Positions 34,823 through 43,543 of a stretch of 64,000 nt of DNA are shown piece by piece. The stretch covers positions 64,001 through 128,000 of the forward strand of contig PSMU01000002.1 in the NCBI GenBank assembly GCA_040290255.1. Direction: 5' to 3'. Below the pieces are notes generated by a model. That model was given only the letters and a program-made list of their open reading frames with translations, was not told the origin of the DNA and did no database searches. This DNA is from Nitrososphaerota archaeon (GTDB lineage: Archaea; Thermoproteota; Nitrososphaeria; PSMU01). How positions within the stretch are numbered: the first letter of the stretch is position 1; every line of letters begins with the position of its first letter. Both the position numbers and the translations under genes were made by a program.

Positions 34823-36878
34823 CGCCCCCTTTCCCCCTGCGCTTCAGGGCGGCCAGCGCCTCTTCCGCCGTAACGGGTATCCTCTCGAGCTCCACGCCCA
34901 GAGCGCGCTCAAGCGCGATAAAGGTGGCCGCCATGCCCCCTATGGTGCCGGACTCGCCCACGCCCCTCGCGCCGTGCGGCAGGGCAGAGGGCACCTCGAC
35001 CAGCTCGGACGAGAAGTTAAGGCATGCGTCTAGGGCCGTGGGGAAGCCCACGTCCAGCATCGTGCCGTAGAGCGGTATGCCGGCCCGGTCAAAGCGCGCC
35101 TCCTCCCACAGAACCTGGGCCGCGCCCTGGAGCGCGCCTCCCATCAGCTGGGCCTCCACGTCCTCGGGGTTCAGCGCCCTGCCCACATCGTCCGCGGCAA
35201 AGTAGCGTGTGAGGGACGCCATGCCCGTGGCGCGATCCACGTGCACCTGGGCCACATGCGCGCCCGCGGAGAAGATATCCTCGCCTCTGAAGAAGGTCTC
35301 CACCTCCAGCCCTCCATGCCGGCGCACCGCTTCATCGGGACTTAGCCCGTTTAGCTTCTCTTTCAGCTGCAGCAGGGCCTGATAGACCGCCGCGCCCGCG
35401 GCGGATATGCTCCTGCTCCCAAAGCTGCCCACCGCCTGGGCAAGGTCATCCGTATCGGCTGGGCGGACCTCTATCCTGTCCTGCCCGATGCCCAGGAGCT
35501 CCGATGCCATTTTGGCGAAGGCGGTGCGGTGAAACTGGCCGTGGGGCCTGGAGCCGACGATGATCTCGAGGCCCTTGGCGCTCAGCCTGACCTTGGCCGC
35601 CTCGCCGGGCGCTATCCTGATCAGCTCGGCGAAGAGCGCGAGGCCCTTGCCGGGCCCCCTCATGCTCCTATACGCCTCCTCCGCCCTAGCCAGCACCTCG
35701 CGATATCCTCCCCGGTCGATGCGCAGCCCCAGGGGCGTCACATATTCTCCTTCGGGCAGGTTCCTCCTCCTCAACGCGATGGGGTCCTGGCCCAGCCTCC
35801 TGGCCAGGAGCTCGATGAGGCTCTCGTGAACGAGCGCCGCCTCGGGCCTGCCCGCGCCCCTGTAGGGCCCCGTGGGCGGAAGGTTGGTGAAGACCGATAG
35901 CGCCCTCAGCCTTGCGGCGGCGATGGCGTAGGGGCCCGTGCTGAGCCTGGCGATGAAGGAGGCCATCGTCGCGTTGATGGTGAAGTTATAGGCGCCTATG
36001 TCGTTTACGATCGTGCCCTCCAAGGCCAGCAGCCGCCCACCCCTCGTGGCATAGAGCTTGACCTCCGCTACGACGCCCTTGCCCTGCGTGGGGTTCGTCA
36101 TGTGCTCTCTCCTCTGCTCTACCCACTTTACGGGCCTACCCAGCCTCATCGCGGCCAGCGCCACCAAGGCATATTCGGCATGAGCGGGCACCTTATTGCC
36201 GAACCCACCGCCCACATCGGGCACGCGCACGAGGATCCTATCGGGCGGCAGGCCCAGGACCTGGCTGAGGTCGGACCTAACCCTGAAGGGGGCCTGGGAG
36301 GAGCAGAAGAGCTCGAGCCTCCCTTCATGATAGCGGGCGATGGCGCCCTTTGGCTCCAGCGGGTTGGCCACCACCCTAGCCATAAAGAGCCTCCTCTCGA
36401 CCATCACCTCCGCCCGTTGAAAGGCTCCCTCATCCCCTCCCCGTAGGGTTATGTCCACGGAGATGTTGTCGGGAGCCTCCTGATGAATCTGGGGGCGCCT
36501 CTCGAGCGGGTCCAGCGAGGGCTCCAGCGGGTCATAATACACCTCCGCCCGCTCGGCCAAGTCCTCCGCCGCCTCCCTGCTCTCCGCCACGAGCGCGGCC
36601 ACGGGCTGGCCCGCGAAGTTCGCCACGCCGTCGGCGAGCAGCGGCAGAGGCACGATCTTCGCCGCCCTCGCATCAACGGGCGCCACGGCGGGCATCCTCA
36701 GCCTGATGTCCTCCCATGTAAGGCCCAGCAGGGCGGAGGAGGGTAGGCTCATGCTCAGCACCTTGGCCCTAGCGTAGGGCGACCTGATGACGCGCAGAAA
36801 GGCCATGCCGTTCAGCTTTATGTCATCCAGGTACGTGGCCGTGCCCATGATGGGGCCGAGGCCCTCCGCGCGCGCCAC
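34812..36878 (-). CDS. Xanthine-dehydrogenase-family molybdopterin-binding large subunit (CutA/CoxL-like)
   Basis: DVGGGFG, GPYRGAGRPEA, DDVG..LNP..VEAQ and GVGESG. Confidence 0.88.
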   Translation of the reverse strand: MARAEGLGPIMGTATYLDDIKLNGMAFLRVIRSPYARAKVLSMSLPSSALLGLTWEDIRLRMPAVAPVDARAAKIVPLPLLADGVANFAGQPVAALVAESREAAEDLAERAEVYYDPLEPSLDPLERRPQIHQEAPDNISVDITLRGGDEGAFQRAEVMVERRLFMARVVANPLEPKGAIARYHEGRLELFCSSQAPFRVRSDLSQVLGLPPDRILVRVPDVGGGFGNKVPAHAEYALVALAAMRLGRPVKWVEQRREHMTNPTQGKGVVAEVKLYATRGGRLLALEGTIVNDIGAYNFTINATMASFIARLSTGPYAIAAARLRALSVFTNLPPTGPYRGAGRPEAALVHESLIELLARRLGQDPIALRRRNLPEGEYVTPLGLRIDRGGYREVLARAEEAYRSMRGPGKGLALFAELIRIAPGEAAKVRLSAKGLEIIVGSRPHGQFHRTAFAKMASELLGIGQDRIEVRPADTDDLAQAVGSFGSRSISAAGAAVYQALLQLKEKLNGLSPDEAVRRHGGLEVETFFRGEDIFSAGAHVAQVHVDRATGMASLTRYFAADDVGRALNPEDVEAQLMGGALQGAAQVLWEEARFDRAGIPLYGTMLDVGFPTALDACLNFSSELVEVPSALPHGARGVGESGTIGGMAATFIALERALGVELERIPVTAEEALAALKRRGKGGARR

Positions 36879-36900
36879 GGGGCGGCTTGGCGCTAGGGCT

Positions 36901-37140
36901 CTAAACGCTTTGCCCTTCCCCTGGGCGGCGGCGGGCGAAGAGCACCACGCCCGCGCGCTTCAGCCGCTCGATCCGCCAGGCCGGTATCCTCTGGAAGCCC
37001 TCGGAGAGCTCCAGGAACTCGAGAAGCGGAAGCTCGCGCAGGGCATCCTTATCCCTGAAGAGGACCGTGTAGAGAGAGGGGTCGTCCGCGTGAAGCGCCT
37101 TGCTGAGCAGCTCCTGCAAGCGGCCCTTTGCCCTCCCCAT
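36901..37140 (-). CDS. Small MJ1316/DUF504-like RNA-end-recognition domain protein
   Basis: YTVLFRD...IPAWRI..L.R.G.VLFARR pattern; TATA-like CTTATAA upstream. Confidence 0.65.
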   Translation of the reverse strand: MGRAKGRLQELLSKALHADDPSLYTVLFRDKDALRELPLLEFLELSEGFQRIPAWRIERLKRAGVVLFARRRPGEGQSV

Positions 37141-37210
37141 GGCCCTGCATCCAACCGCCGCATTATAAGCCCAAGCGCGCAGCTATAAGAGGCCCCTGCG
37201 CTGCCTGGGC

Positions 37211-38719
37211 GTGCTCAGGCCTCCCTTCATAAGCAGCAAGGGCGTGGTGGCCTCGGAGCACCCCCTGGCCTCGGCCATAGGGGCACAGGTGCTGCAGCGG
37301 GGCGGCACGGCGGCCGATGCGGCCGTGGCCGTGAGCCTGGCGCTTTCGGTGACGATGCCCCACCTCAGCGGCCTGGGCGGCGACTTCTTCGCCCTTCTTC
37401 GCGACGAGGACGGCCACGTGATTTACGTGAACGGCAGCGGGTGGGCTCCGCCCTCGCTTACGGCGGAGGATCTGCGCGCGAGGGGGCATTCACGCCCTCC
37501 CCTTCATGGGCTTCTCTCCGCTGTCCTGCCGGGCCTGGTGCCGGCCTTATTCGACCTGCACGGGCGCCTGGGCGCCCTTACATGGAAGGAGCTCGTGCAG
37601 CCCGCCCTTAGGCTGGCGCGGGAGGGGTTCCCCATCACCGCGGGCCTGGCTAGGGCCCTCGAGCGCGCCCTTCCCTGGCTCACCTCCAGCGGGGCCGCGG
37701 CGGCCCTGCTCAGGTTGGGGAAGCCTCCACGTCCGGGAGACCTCCTCCTGCAGCCCGCGCTTGCCGCAACCCTCAGCGAGGTCTCCGAGGGAGGGGTCGC
37801 TGGGTTCTGGAGGGGCAGGGCCGGCACCGCGCTGCGCCGCGCCTACGAGCTTGAGCGCATCGCGCTCGGCGCCGATGACCTGCTCTCCCTTAGGCCGGAA
37901 TGGGGAGAAGCGCTGAGCCTCAGCTATCATGGGGCCAAGGTATATGAGCTGCCGCCCAACAGCCTCGGCCCCGCCACCCTTCTGCTGCTCAAGCTGCTTG
38001 GGCAGTTGGGCGCGGGATCCCCGCGGCCCTCGGCCTGGGAAAGGGTGAGGGCCTTCGTCCCGCTGGCCAGGGCGGCCCATGCCGCGGCGCTGCGGGAGCT
38101 GGGTGACCCGAGGTTTGTGCCCTTTAGCCTTGACGCATTCCTTAACGCCGCCCCAAGGCCGGCGACGGGCAAGGGAAGGTTTGAAGGCGGCGATACGACC
38201 GCCTTCGCCATAGTCGACCGAGGGGGCACGGCGCTGGTCGGGATCCAAAGCCTTTACCACCACTTTGGGTCCAGGTTCTACCTGCAGGAGGCCGGCTTCT
38301 TCCTGAACAACCGCGCCCGCTGCTTCGCTGAGGAGGGGCCCAACGCCTTTGGCCCGGGCAAGAGGCCGCTTCACACGCTCTCGGCGATGCTCATAGAGCG
38401 CGGCCAAGAGATAATCGCCCTAGGCATAAGCGGCGGCTTCCTCAGGCCACAGCAGCACGCCCTGCTGGCCAGCAACCTGTTGGAGTACGGCATGTCCTTG
38501 GGCATGGCGCTAGAGCACCCGCGCTTCCTCTGGGACCCAGAGGAGGAGGTCCTGCTCGTGGAGGAGGGCATAGAGGTCCGCGAGGAAGGGGACATGCCGG
38601 TGAGGCGCCTGCCCTACCCCTCGAGCACGGGCGTGGCGCAGGCGGTGCTAAGGGCCCCTGAAGCCAACTTTGCCTTCTGCGATATCAGGGGCGACGGGCT
38701 GCCCTGCGGTGAGGCGTAA
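37211..38719 (+). CDS. ggt: Gamma-glutamyltransferase family
   Basis: GGTAADAAVA, SGLGGD, Thr nucleophile in DTTAF, NNR and PGKRPLHTL. Confidence 0.88.
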   Translation: MLRPPFISSKGVVASEHPLASAIGAQVLQRGGTAADAAVAVSLALSVTMPHLSGLGGDFFALLRDEDGHVIYVNGSGWAPPSLTAEDLRARGHSRPPLHGLLSAVLPGLVPALFDLHGRLGALTWKELVQPALRLAREGFPITAGLARALERALPWLTSSGAAAALLRLGKPPRPGDLLLQPALAATLSEVSEGGVAGFWRGRAGTALRRAYELERIALGADDLLSLRPEWGEALSLSYHGAKVYELPPNSLGPATLLLLKLLGQLGAGSPRPSAWERVRAFVPLARAAHAAALRELGDPRFVPFSLDAFLNAAPRPATGKGRFEGGDTTAFAIVDRGGTALVGIQSLYHHFGSRFYLQEAGFFLNNRARCFAEEGPNAFGPGKRPLHTLSAMLIERGQEIIALGISGGFLRPQQHALLASNLLEYGMSLGMALEHPRFLWDPEEEVLLVEEGIEVREEGDMPVRRLPYPSSTGVAQAVLRAPEANFAFCDIRGDGLPCGEA

Positions 38720-39150
38720 TATCCCGCAGGAACTTCTGCTGCTCCCAGATACTTATGCCCCTCCTTCCCAGCCCCTCAAAGAAGTGGGCTATTTCGGAGG
38801 GCGTGAGCAGCTCTGGCGGGAAGACCCCGCCTTTTTATTATGGCCTTCGCAATCATCTGGGCAGCTATGGAGGCGGGCAGGGCCGTGGTCCACCGCGTCA
38901 CGCTGGCCTCATAGCGCTCGCTACAGCCATGGGGGCCCAGCATATAGATGTGCCCTGACGTCTCGCCTGCGCCCGGTCACCTCCACCTTCAGACAGCCCA
39001 CGGTCTCCTTACGCACCTCGGGCCTCAGGAGGGCCTCGAGAAGCTGCCTGGGCGATACCTTGCCCCACCCACCTCCACTTCCTGGCTGTAGGCCAGATCC
39101 CAGACTATAACACTTCCTATGTTTCCGCACCCCAGCACCAGCGCCCTCAA
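38720..39150 (-). pseudogene. Saccharopine/lysine dehydrogenase-family pseudogene (internal deletion plus frameshifts)
   Basis: TTG 39150 opens MRALVLGCGNIGSVIVWDLA (Rossmann). Shifted frames then give KVSPRQLLEALL..LKVEVTG, TTALPASIAAQMIA and VFPPELL..FFEGLGRRGISIWE. Confidence 0.78.
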
Positions 39151-39227
39151 GCCTTCAGGGGGAAGCGCGGCTCCGCGATTTATTACGCTTCCTTGGGCAT
39201 CAGCTCACGGCCCTTGGCGGATGGCGC

Positions 39228-40478
39228 TTATGCCTCCCTCCATCTTATTGAAGCCGAGCCGGCCAAGAGCAGCGCGGCGGCCAGGGCCGCCATGATGAGG
39301 GCAGCCGGAAGGGCATCGGCGACATCTCCCAGCACGAGGGCCGCCCTAAGCCCGGTGTGCAGGTAGTAGAGCGGGAGGAACTTGGCCAGGGCCTGCAGCC
39401 AGGCGGGCATGATCTCGAGGGGCCAGAAGGCGCCGGAGAGGAACATCATGGGGAATGCTATCGCGTTGGCCGCGCCCACGGCGCCCTCCACATCCCTGAT
39501 GAGGCCCGCAAGCAGGACCCCCAATCCGCAGAAGGCCAGAGAGCCAAGGGCCACGAGCAGGAGCCCCACCGGCTCCGCGACCTGCCTGGTGCCGAAGAGC
39601 GCCCATGCCATGAGGCTCAGCACGACGAATAGGAGATAAGAGATGGATGCCTGGCTGAGGGCGTTGGCCAGGACCCAGGTCGATTTAGAAAGCGGCGTGG
39701 CGCTGAGCCTCTTCAGCACGCCTCTCCTCCTGTGCTCAGACACATAGGAGGCGACGCCTATTACGCCGTTTGACATGATGAAGGCCGCTACCACGCCCGG
39801 TAGATAATAGTCCATGGGCCGGAGGGTCTTCGCGCCCACCTGCTCGTAGGTGAGGCCTATTGTCACGTTCTCGCCCAACAGGGCCTCCGCGAACCTGGAT
39901 GAGGCGACCTCAAGGATCCCGCCGATTGTAGGCGCGAGCGGGTCGCCGGGCAGCGTCAGCAGCCTCAGTTCCGGCCGCAAAGGGGGCAGGGCCTCCGCCA
40001 GGCCCTTCAGCTGCGCCAGGAACTGCTCGACCTGCTGGCGCTGCGGCTGGGTGAGGTTCTGCTGCCGCAGTGTGCTGTTCAGCGCGTCCATGATTATCCT
40101 CAGCCTCACCAGCGCGCTGTAGTTCATTGCCCGCTGCTGAAAACCGGGCGGGATGATGAGCACCCTGGGGTTTGAGAAGGAGGCGGCCGCCGACCTAAGG
40201 AAGGCCTCCGCATCCTGGTCGCCGGCCAGGGGCCTTACGCTGAGCAGGCTGCCGTTTATCGCCTTTATGAAGGCGCTTGAGAGCTGTGTGGGCCTGCCAT
40301 CCTTGCCCAGGTCCAAGTTTTGCACGTACAGGCCATATTGCGAGGAGCCAGGGCTGCCGAAGACCGCACCGAAGATGAGCAGCAGCAGTATGGGAAAGAT
40401 GAGGCCGAAGAAGAGCCCCGACCTGCTCCTGAGGAAGTTCCTGGTCAGGGCCATGGTCAGCGTAAGCAGGGCGCTCAT
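39228..40478 (-). CDS. ABC-2 type exporter permease
   Basis: FFGLIFPILL, YYLPG, R..GVLKRL.ATP and PMMFLSGAFWP. Confidence 0.9.
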   Translation of the reverse strand: MSALLTLTMALTRNFLRSRSGLFFGLIFPILLLLIFGAVFGSPGSSQYGLYVQNLDLGKDGRPTQLSSAFIKAINGSLLSVRPLAGDQDAEAFLRSAAASFSNPRVLIIPPGFQQRAMNYSALVRLRIIMDALNSTLRQQNLTQPQRQQVEQFLAQLKGLAEALPPLRPELRLLTLPGDPLAPTIGGILEVASSRFAEALLGENVTIGLTYEQVGAKTLRPMDYYLPGVVAAFIMSNGVIGVASYVSEHRRRGVLKRLSATPLSKSTWVLANALSQASISYLLFVVLSLMAWALFGTRQVAEPVGLLLVALGSLAFCGLGVLLAGLIRDVEGAVGAANAIAFPMMFLSGAFWPLEIMPAWLQALAKFLPLYYLHTGLRAALVLGDVADALPAALIMAALAAALLLAGSASIRWREA

Positions 40479-41407
40479 GCCAGCTCCCCCGCCTCCGTGA
40501 GCCTATGGCCCACGATTCGCAGAAATGCCTCCTCCAGGCTGCCCTGGGTGACCTCGGCCGTGCCCCTGAAGCCCAGCTCCTGCAGCAGGGCGAGCGCGGC
40601 CGCGGCGCGTTGCAGCGTGAGGCCCGATAGGAGGAGGCTGCCATCCTCCAGCCTTATGGGCCTGGAGCCCAGGCCCTCGAGGGCCGCCTCCTGCTCGGGG
40701 CTCAGGCCCCTAATCACGAGCCTGGAGCCCAGGCCCTGAGCGGCTATGAGCTCCTCCACCTTGCCCAGCGCGGCGATCCTCCCCCTATTCATGATGCAGA
40801 CCCTGTCGCTGAGCCTCTCGGCCTCCTCGATGTAGTGAGTTGTAAGGAAGACCGTCTTGCCCTTGCCCCTGAGCTCCCCCACGAGCCTCCAGACCTCCCT
40901 CCTCGCATATGGGTCGAGGCCCGACGTCGGCTCATCAAGGAATACCAGCTCCGGCTCGCCCACGAGCGCCATCGCGATGCCCAGCCTCCTCTTTAGCCCG
41001 CCGGAGAGCTTGTCGTACAGCGTATTCCTGAACTCCCAGAGCCCCCAGTTCTCGAGCAGGGGCCTCAGGTCTTGAGATGCGCCGTAAGCGGCGGCGATGA
41101 GCTTCAGGTTCTCCAGCACCGTGAGCCTCTCGAAGGCCTCGAAGGCCTGCGGCAGGACCCCGATTCGGCGCTTGAGGGCCTTGAGCTGGCCCGGATCCCT
41201 TACATCATGCCCAAGGACGTAGGCCTCCCCGGATGTCGGCGGCCTCAGGCCCTCTAGGATCTCGACCGTGGTCGTCTTGCCGGCGCCATTGGGGCCCAGC
41301 AGCGAGAAGACCTCGCCCTCAAAGACCTTGAGGCTGATGCAATCCACGGCCATGAGCTGGCCATAGCGCTTCGTGAGCCGCTCGACCTCTATGACCGCCC
41401 GCCTCAA
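40475..41407 (-). CDS. ABC transporter ATP-binding protein
   Basis: GPNGAGKTT, LSGG, LDEPTSGLD and TTH. Confidence 0.95.
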   Translation of the reverse strand: MRRAVIEVERLTKRYGQLMAVDCISLKVFEGEVFSLLGPNGAGKTTTVEILEGLRPPTSGEAYVLGHDVRDPGQLKALKRRIGVLPQAFEAFERLTVLENLKLIAAAYGASQDLRPLLENWGLWEFRNTLYDKLSGGLKRRLGIAMALVGEPELVFLDEPTSGLDPYARREVWRLVGELRGKGKTVFLTTHYIEEAERLSDRVCIMNRGRIAALGKVEELIAAQGLGSRLVIRGLSPEQEAALEGLGSRPIRLEDGSLLLSGLTLQRAAAALALLQELGFRGTAEVTQGSLEEAFLRIVGHRLTEAGELA

Positions 41408-41478
41408 CGCGCCCGGCGTAGCAGGGCAGTTAAAAAGAGTTCAGGCAACGCAATTAAGGGCTCGGCAGAGGAAGGGCC

Positions 41479-42042
41479 ATGGCCCAAGAGCTAAGGGCCA
41501 GGCTGGGCGACTTGGAGGTCATAGTGCTCAAGGGCGATATAACGAAGATACGTGCAGATGCCATAGTCAACCCCGCGAATAGCCTGATGATGATGGGAGG
41601 AGGCGTCGCGGGCGCGATAAAGAGAGAGGGTGGAGGCGAGATAGAGCGGGAGGCCCTAAGCAAGGCCCCGGTGCCGGTGGGCAGGGCCATCATCACCGGC
41701 GCGGGCAGGCTAAGCGCGAAGTTCGTGGTGCACGCCCCGACCATGGAGAGGCCCGCGATGCGCACATCGGCCGAGAAGGTCTATCTCGCCACCAGGGCCG
41801 CGCTGCTGAGCGCCGCGGAGGCGGGGGCGGAGAGCGTGGCCCTTCCGGGCATGGGCACGGGCGTGGGAGGCCTGGACTATGCCTTGGCGGCGCGGGCCAT
41901 GCTTAGGGCCCTCGGCGAGCTGCGCCGGCTTGGCCCCGTCAAGAGGGTCTATCTGGTGGCCCTGGAGGACGAGCTCTTCGAGGCCTTTGCATCACAACTG
42001 CGACGAGCGCTGAAGGAACGGGAGGGCTCTCGCGCTGAGTAG
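41479..42042 (+). CDS. Macro domain (ADP-ribose-binding) protein
   Basis: GDIT, IVNPAN, GGGVAGAI and PGMGTGVG. Confidence 0.93.
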   Translation: MAQELRARLGDLEVIVLKGDITKIRADAIVNPANSLMMMGGGVAGAIKREGGGEIEREALSKAPVPVGRAIITGAGRLSAKFVVHAPTMERPAMRTSAEKVYLATRAALLSAAEAGAESVALPGMGTGVGGLDYALAARAMLRALGELRRLGPVKRVYLVALEDELFEAFASQLRRALKEREGSRAE

Positions 42043-42046
42043 CGTA

Positions 42047-42742
42047 TCAGAGGACGCCCCTGCTCTCCAGGAGTCGCCTGAGGGGGGCCTTTAGCGAGGC
42101 CAGCGAGAACAGCGCCGCCGCCAGCGTCTCCCCAGGCCTTAGGGTGTAGGCCATGTAAACGCCCGTCCTGCCCTTCTCCCTTCTCCTTGAGAGCACCCTG
42201 ACCCTCTCCTTCACGGTCTCCTGAGATATGCCCAGGAGCCTGGCCACGGGGCCCTCTCGGCCCACCACCTCAAGCTCCCTATGTCCCTCCTCCACGGGAT
42301 AAACCAGCATGAGCCGCTTGTTGACGCCCGGCACCCTATCCCCCGCCTCAAGCCCGCGAAGTGAGAGGAGGCCGCCGAACCTGTAGAACTCCTCCTCCCT
42401 GGGACTAAGGGGCGCCAGGGGGAAGGATAGGCAGTAGAGCTCCTCAGCATCGAAGTAGATGTAGGCCTTGGGGGCATGAGAGGGCGTGGCCTGCACGATG
42501 GCCACGCGATGGGGCTCCGCGAATTCCCTGCCCACCTGCTCCAGCAGGGCATGATTATAATCCGGCACGAAGACGTCGACGTCGCTTCTCTCCGCGATAT
42601 CGCCCCGCGCCACGGAGCCATACAGGAAGCCGGCGATGCCATGCCGCTCCAGGTGGCGAAGCAGCGCCAGGGCCAGGGCCCTCTTCTGCTGCAGGAGCCT
42701 CCAGCGCGAGCTATCGTAAACGACGAGCCTGCCCTCCTCCAC
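42047..42742 (-). CDS. Archaeal nucleotidyltransferase (DNA pol beta domain, COG2413-like)
   Basis: YGSVARGD..SDVD, VQATP, EFY.FGG and RVPGVNKRL. The start is ambiguous (GTG 42742 or TTG 42754). Confidence 0.82.
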   Translation of the reverse strand: MEEGRLVVYDSSRWRLLQQKRALALALLRHLERHGIAGFLYGSVARGDIAERSDVDVFVPDYNHALLEQVGREFAEPHRVAIVQATPSHAPKAYIYFDAEELYCLSFPLAPLSPREEEFYRFGGLLSLRGLEAGDRVPGVNKRLMLVYPVEEGHRELEVVGREGPVARLLGISQETVKERVRVLSRRREKGRTGVYMAYTLRPGETLAAALFSLASLKAPLRRLLESRGVL

Positions 42743-42744
42743 GA

Positions 42745-43542
42745 TCAGGCCCAAGCGACCACCGTGCCGAGCCCCCTCTCGCCCAAAATGGCCCTCCTGA
42801 GCAGGCCCGGCCTGCGCGCATTGATGACCTCGCACTCTATGCCCAGGTCCCTGGAGAGCTGGAGCAGCGTGTTCAGCTTCTCCCTCATGCCTCCCGTCAC
42901 GTCTATGGCCCTGGTCGGCAGTTCGGGCACGGCCTTCAGCAGGTCCTGGGTGACCCTCTCAAGCCTTTGCGCATGCCTTGAACGCTTAGGGTCCTGGGCA
43001 TAAACGCCGTCCACATCGGTGCCCACGATCACCCTTTCGGGCCTCAGCTGGAGGGCGAGGTGGTGAAAGAGCCTCTCGGTGGAGAAGATGCTGTAGCCCC
43101 TCTCGAGGTCGAGCAGCACATCGCCATGTATGACGGGCACGAGGCCCTGCTCAAGGGCCCTTCTCATGGGCTGTAGCTCCCAGAGGAGAATCCTTCCGGC
43201 ATGAGCGAGCGCGCTCGAGAGCGGCGAGAAGCCCACGGCCGGCACCCCTGCGCCCAGCAGGGCCTCCACGACCAGGCCGTTGAGCTGGGCAGCGGCCGAA
43301 TGCACCCTCATGGCTGCTCTGTGCAGCTCGGGACCCTCGGGAGGCTTGGGCGAAAGAAGGGGCCTGGCGAAGTAGTGGGCGAAGGAGCCGCCTCCGTTCC
43401 CCAGGAGGAGCCGCGCACCGCCACGCCTTAGCGCCTCGGCGATCTCCAGGCCCAGCCTCCTCAGCACCTGGGGCCTGGCCCTTAGCGGCGTCGTCTTGTC
43501 CGTGATGACGCTGCCGCCCAGCTTGATGAAGAGGAGGCGCAT
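42745..43542 (-). CDS. ipk: Isopentenyl phosphate kinase
   Basis: KLGGSVITDK, GGGSFAH, PVIHGD, TDVDGVY and DVTGGM..K. Confidence 0.88.
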   Translation of the reverse strand: MRLLFIKLGGSVITDKTTPLRARPQVLRRLGLEIAEALRRGGARLLLGNGGGSFAHYFARPLLSPKPPEGPELHRAAMRVHSAAAQLNGLVVEALLGAGVPAVGFSPLSSALAHAGRILLWELQPMRRALEQGLVPVIHGDVLLDLERGYSIFSTERLFHHLALQLRPERVIVGTDVDGVYAQDPKRSRHAQRLERVTQDLLKAVPELPTRAIDVTGGMREKLNTLLQLSRDLGIECEVINARRPGLLRRAILGERGLGTVVAWA

Positions 43543-43543
43543 A

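Noticed and set aside
34812-36878. Aerobic CO dehydrogenase (form I CoxL)
   Set aside because: It lacks AYxCSFR and has PYRGAGR instead.
38670-39130. ORFs 38670-39110 (+), 38755-38958 (+) and a possible RNase P/SRP RNA in this gap
   Set aside because: The gap is explained by the minus-strand dehydrogenase pseudogene; I saw no RNase P or SRP consensus.
41479-42742. Macro domain plus nucleotidyltransferase as a toxin-antitoxin or defence pair
   Set aside because: The genes are convergent, in separate transcription units, and both are common archaeal housekeeping families; no HEPN or ART partner is present.
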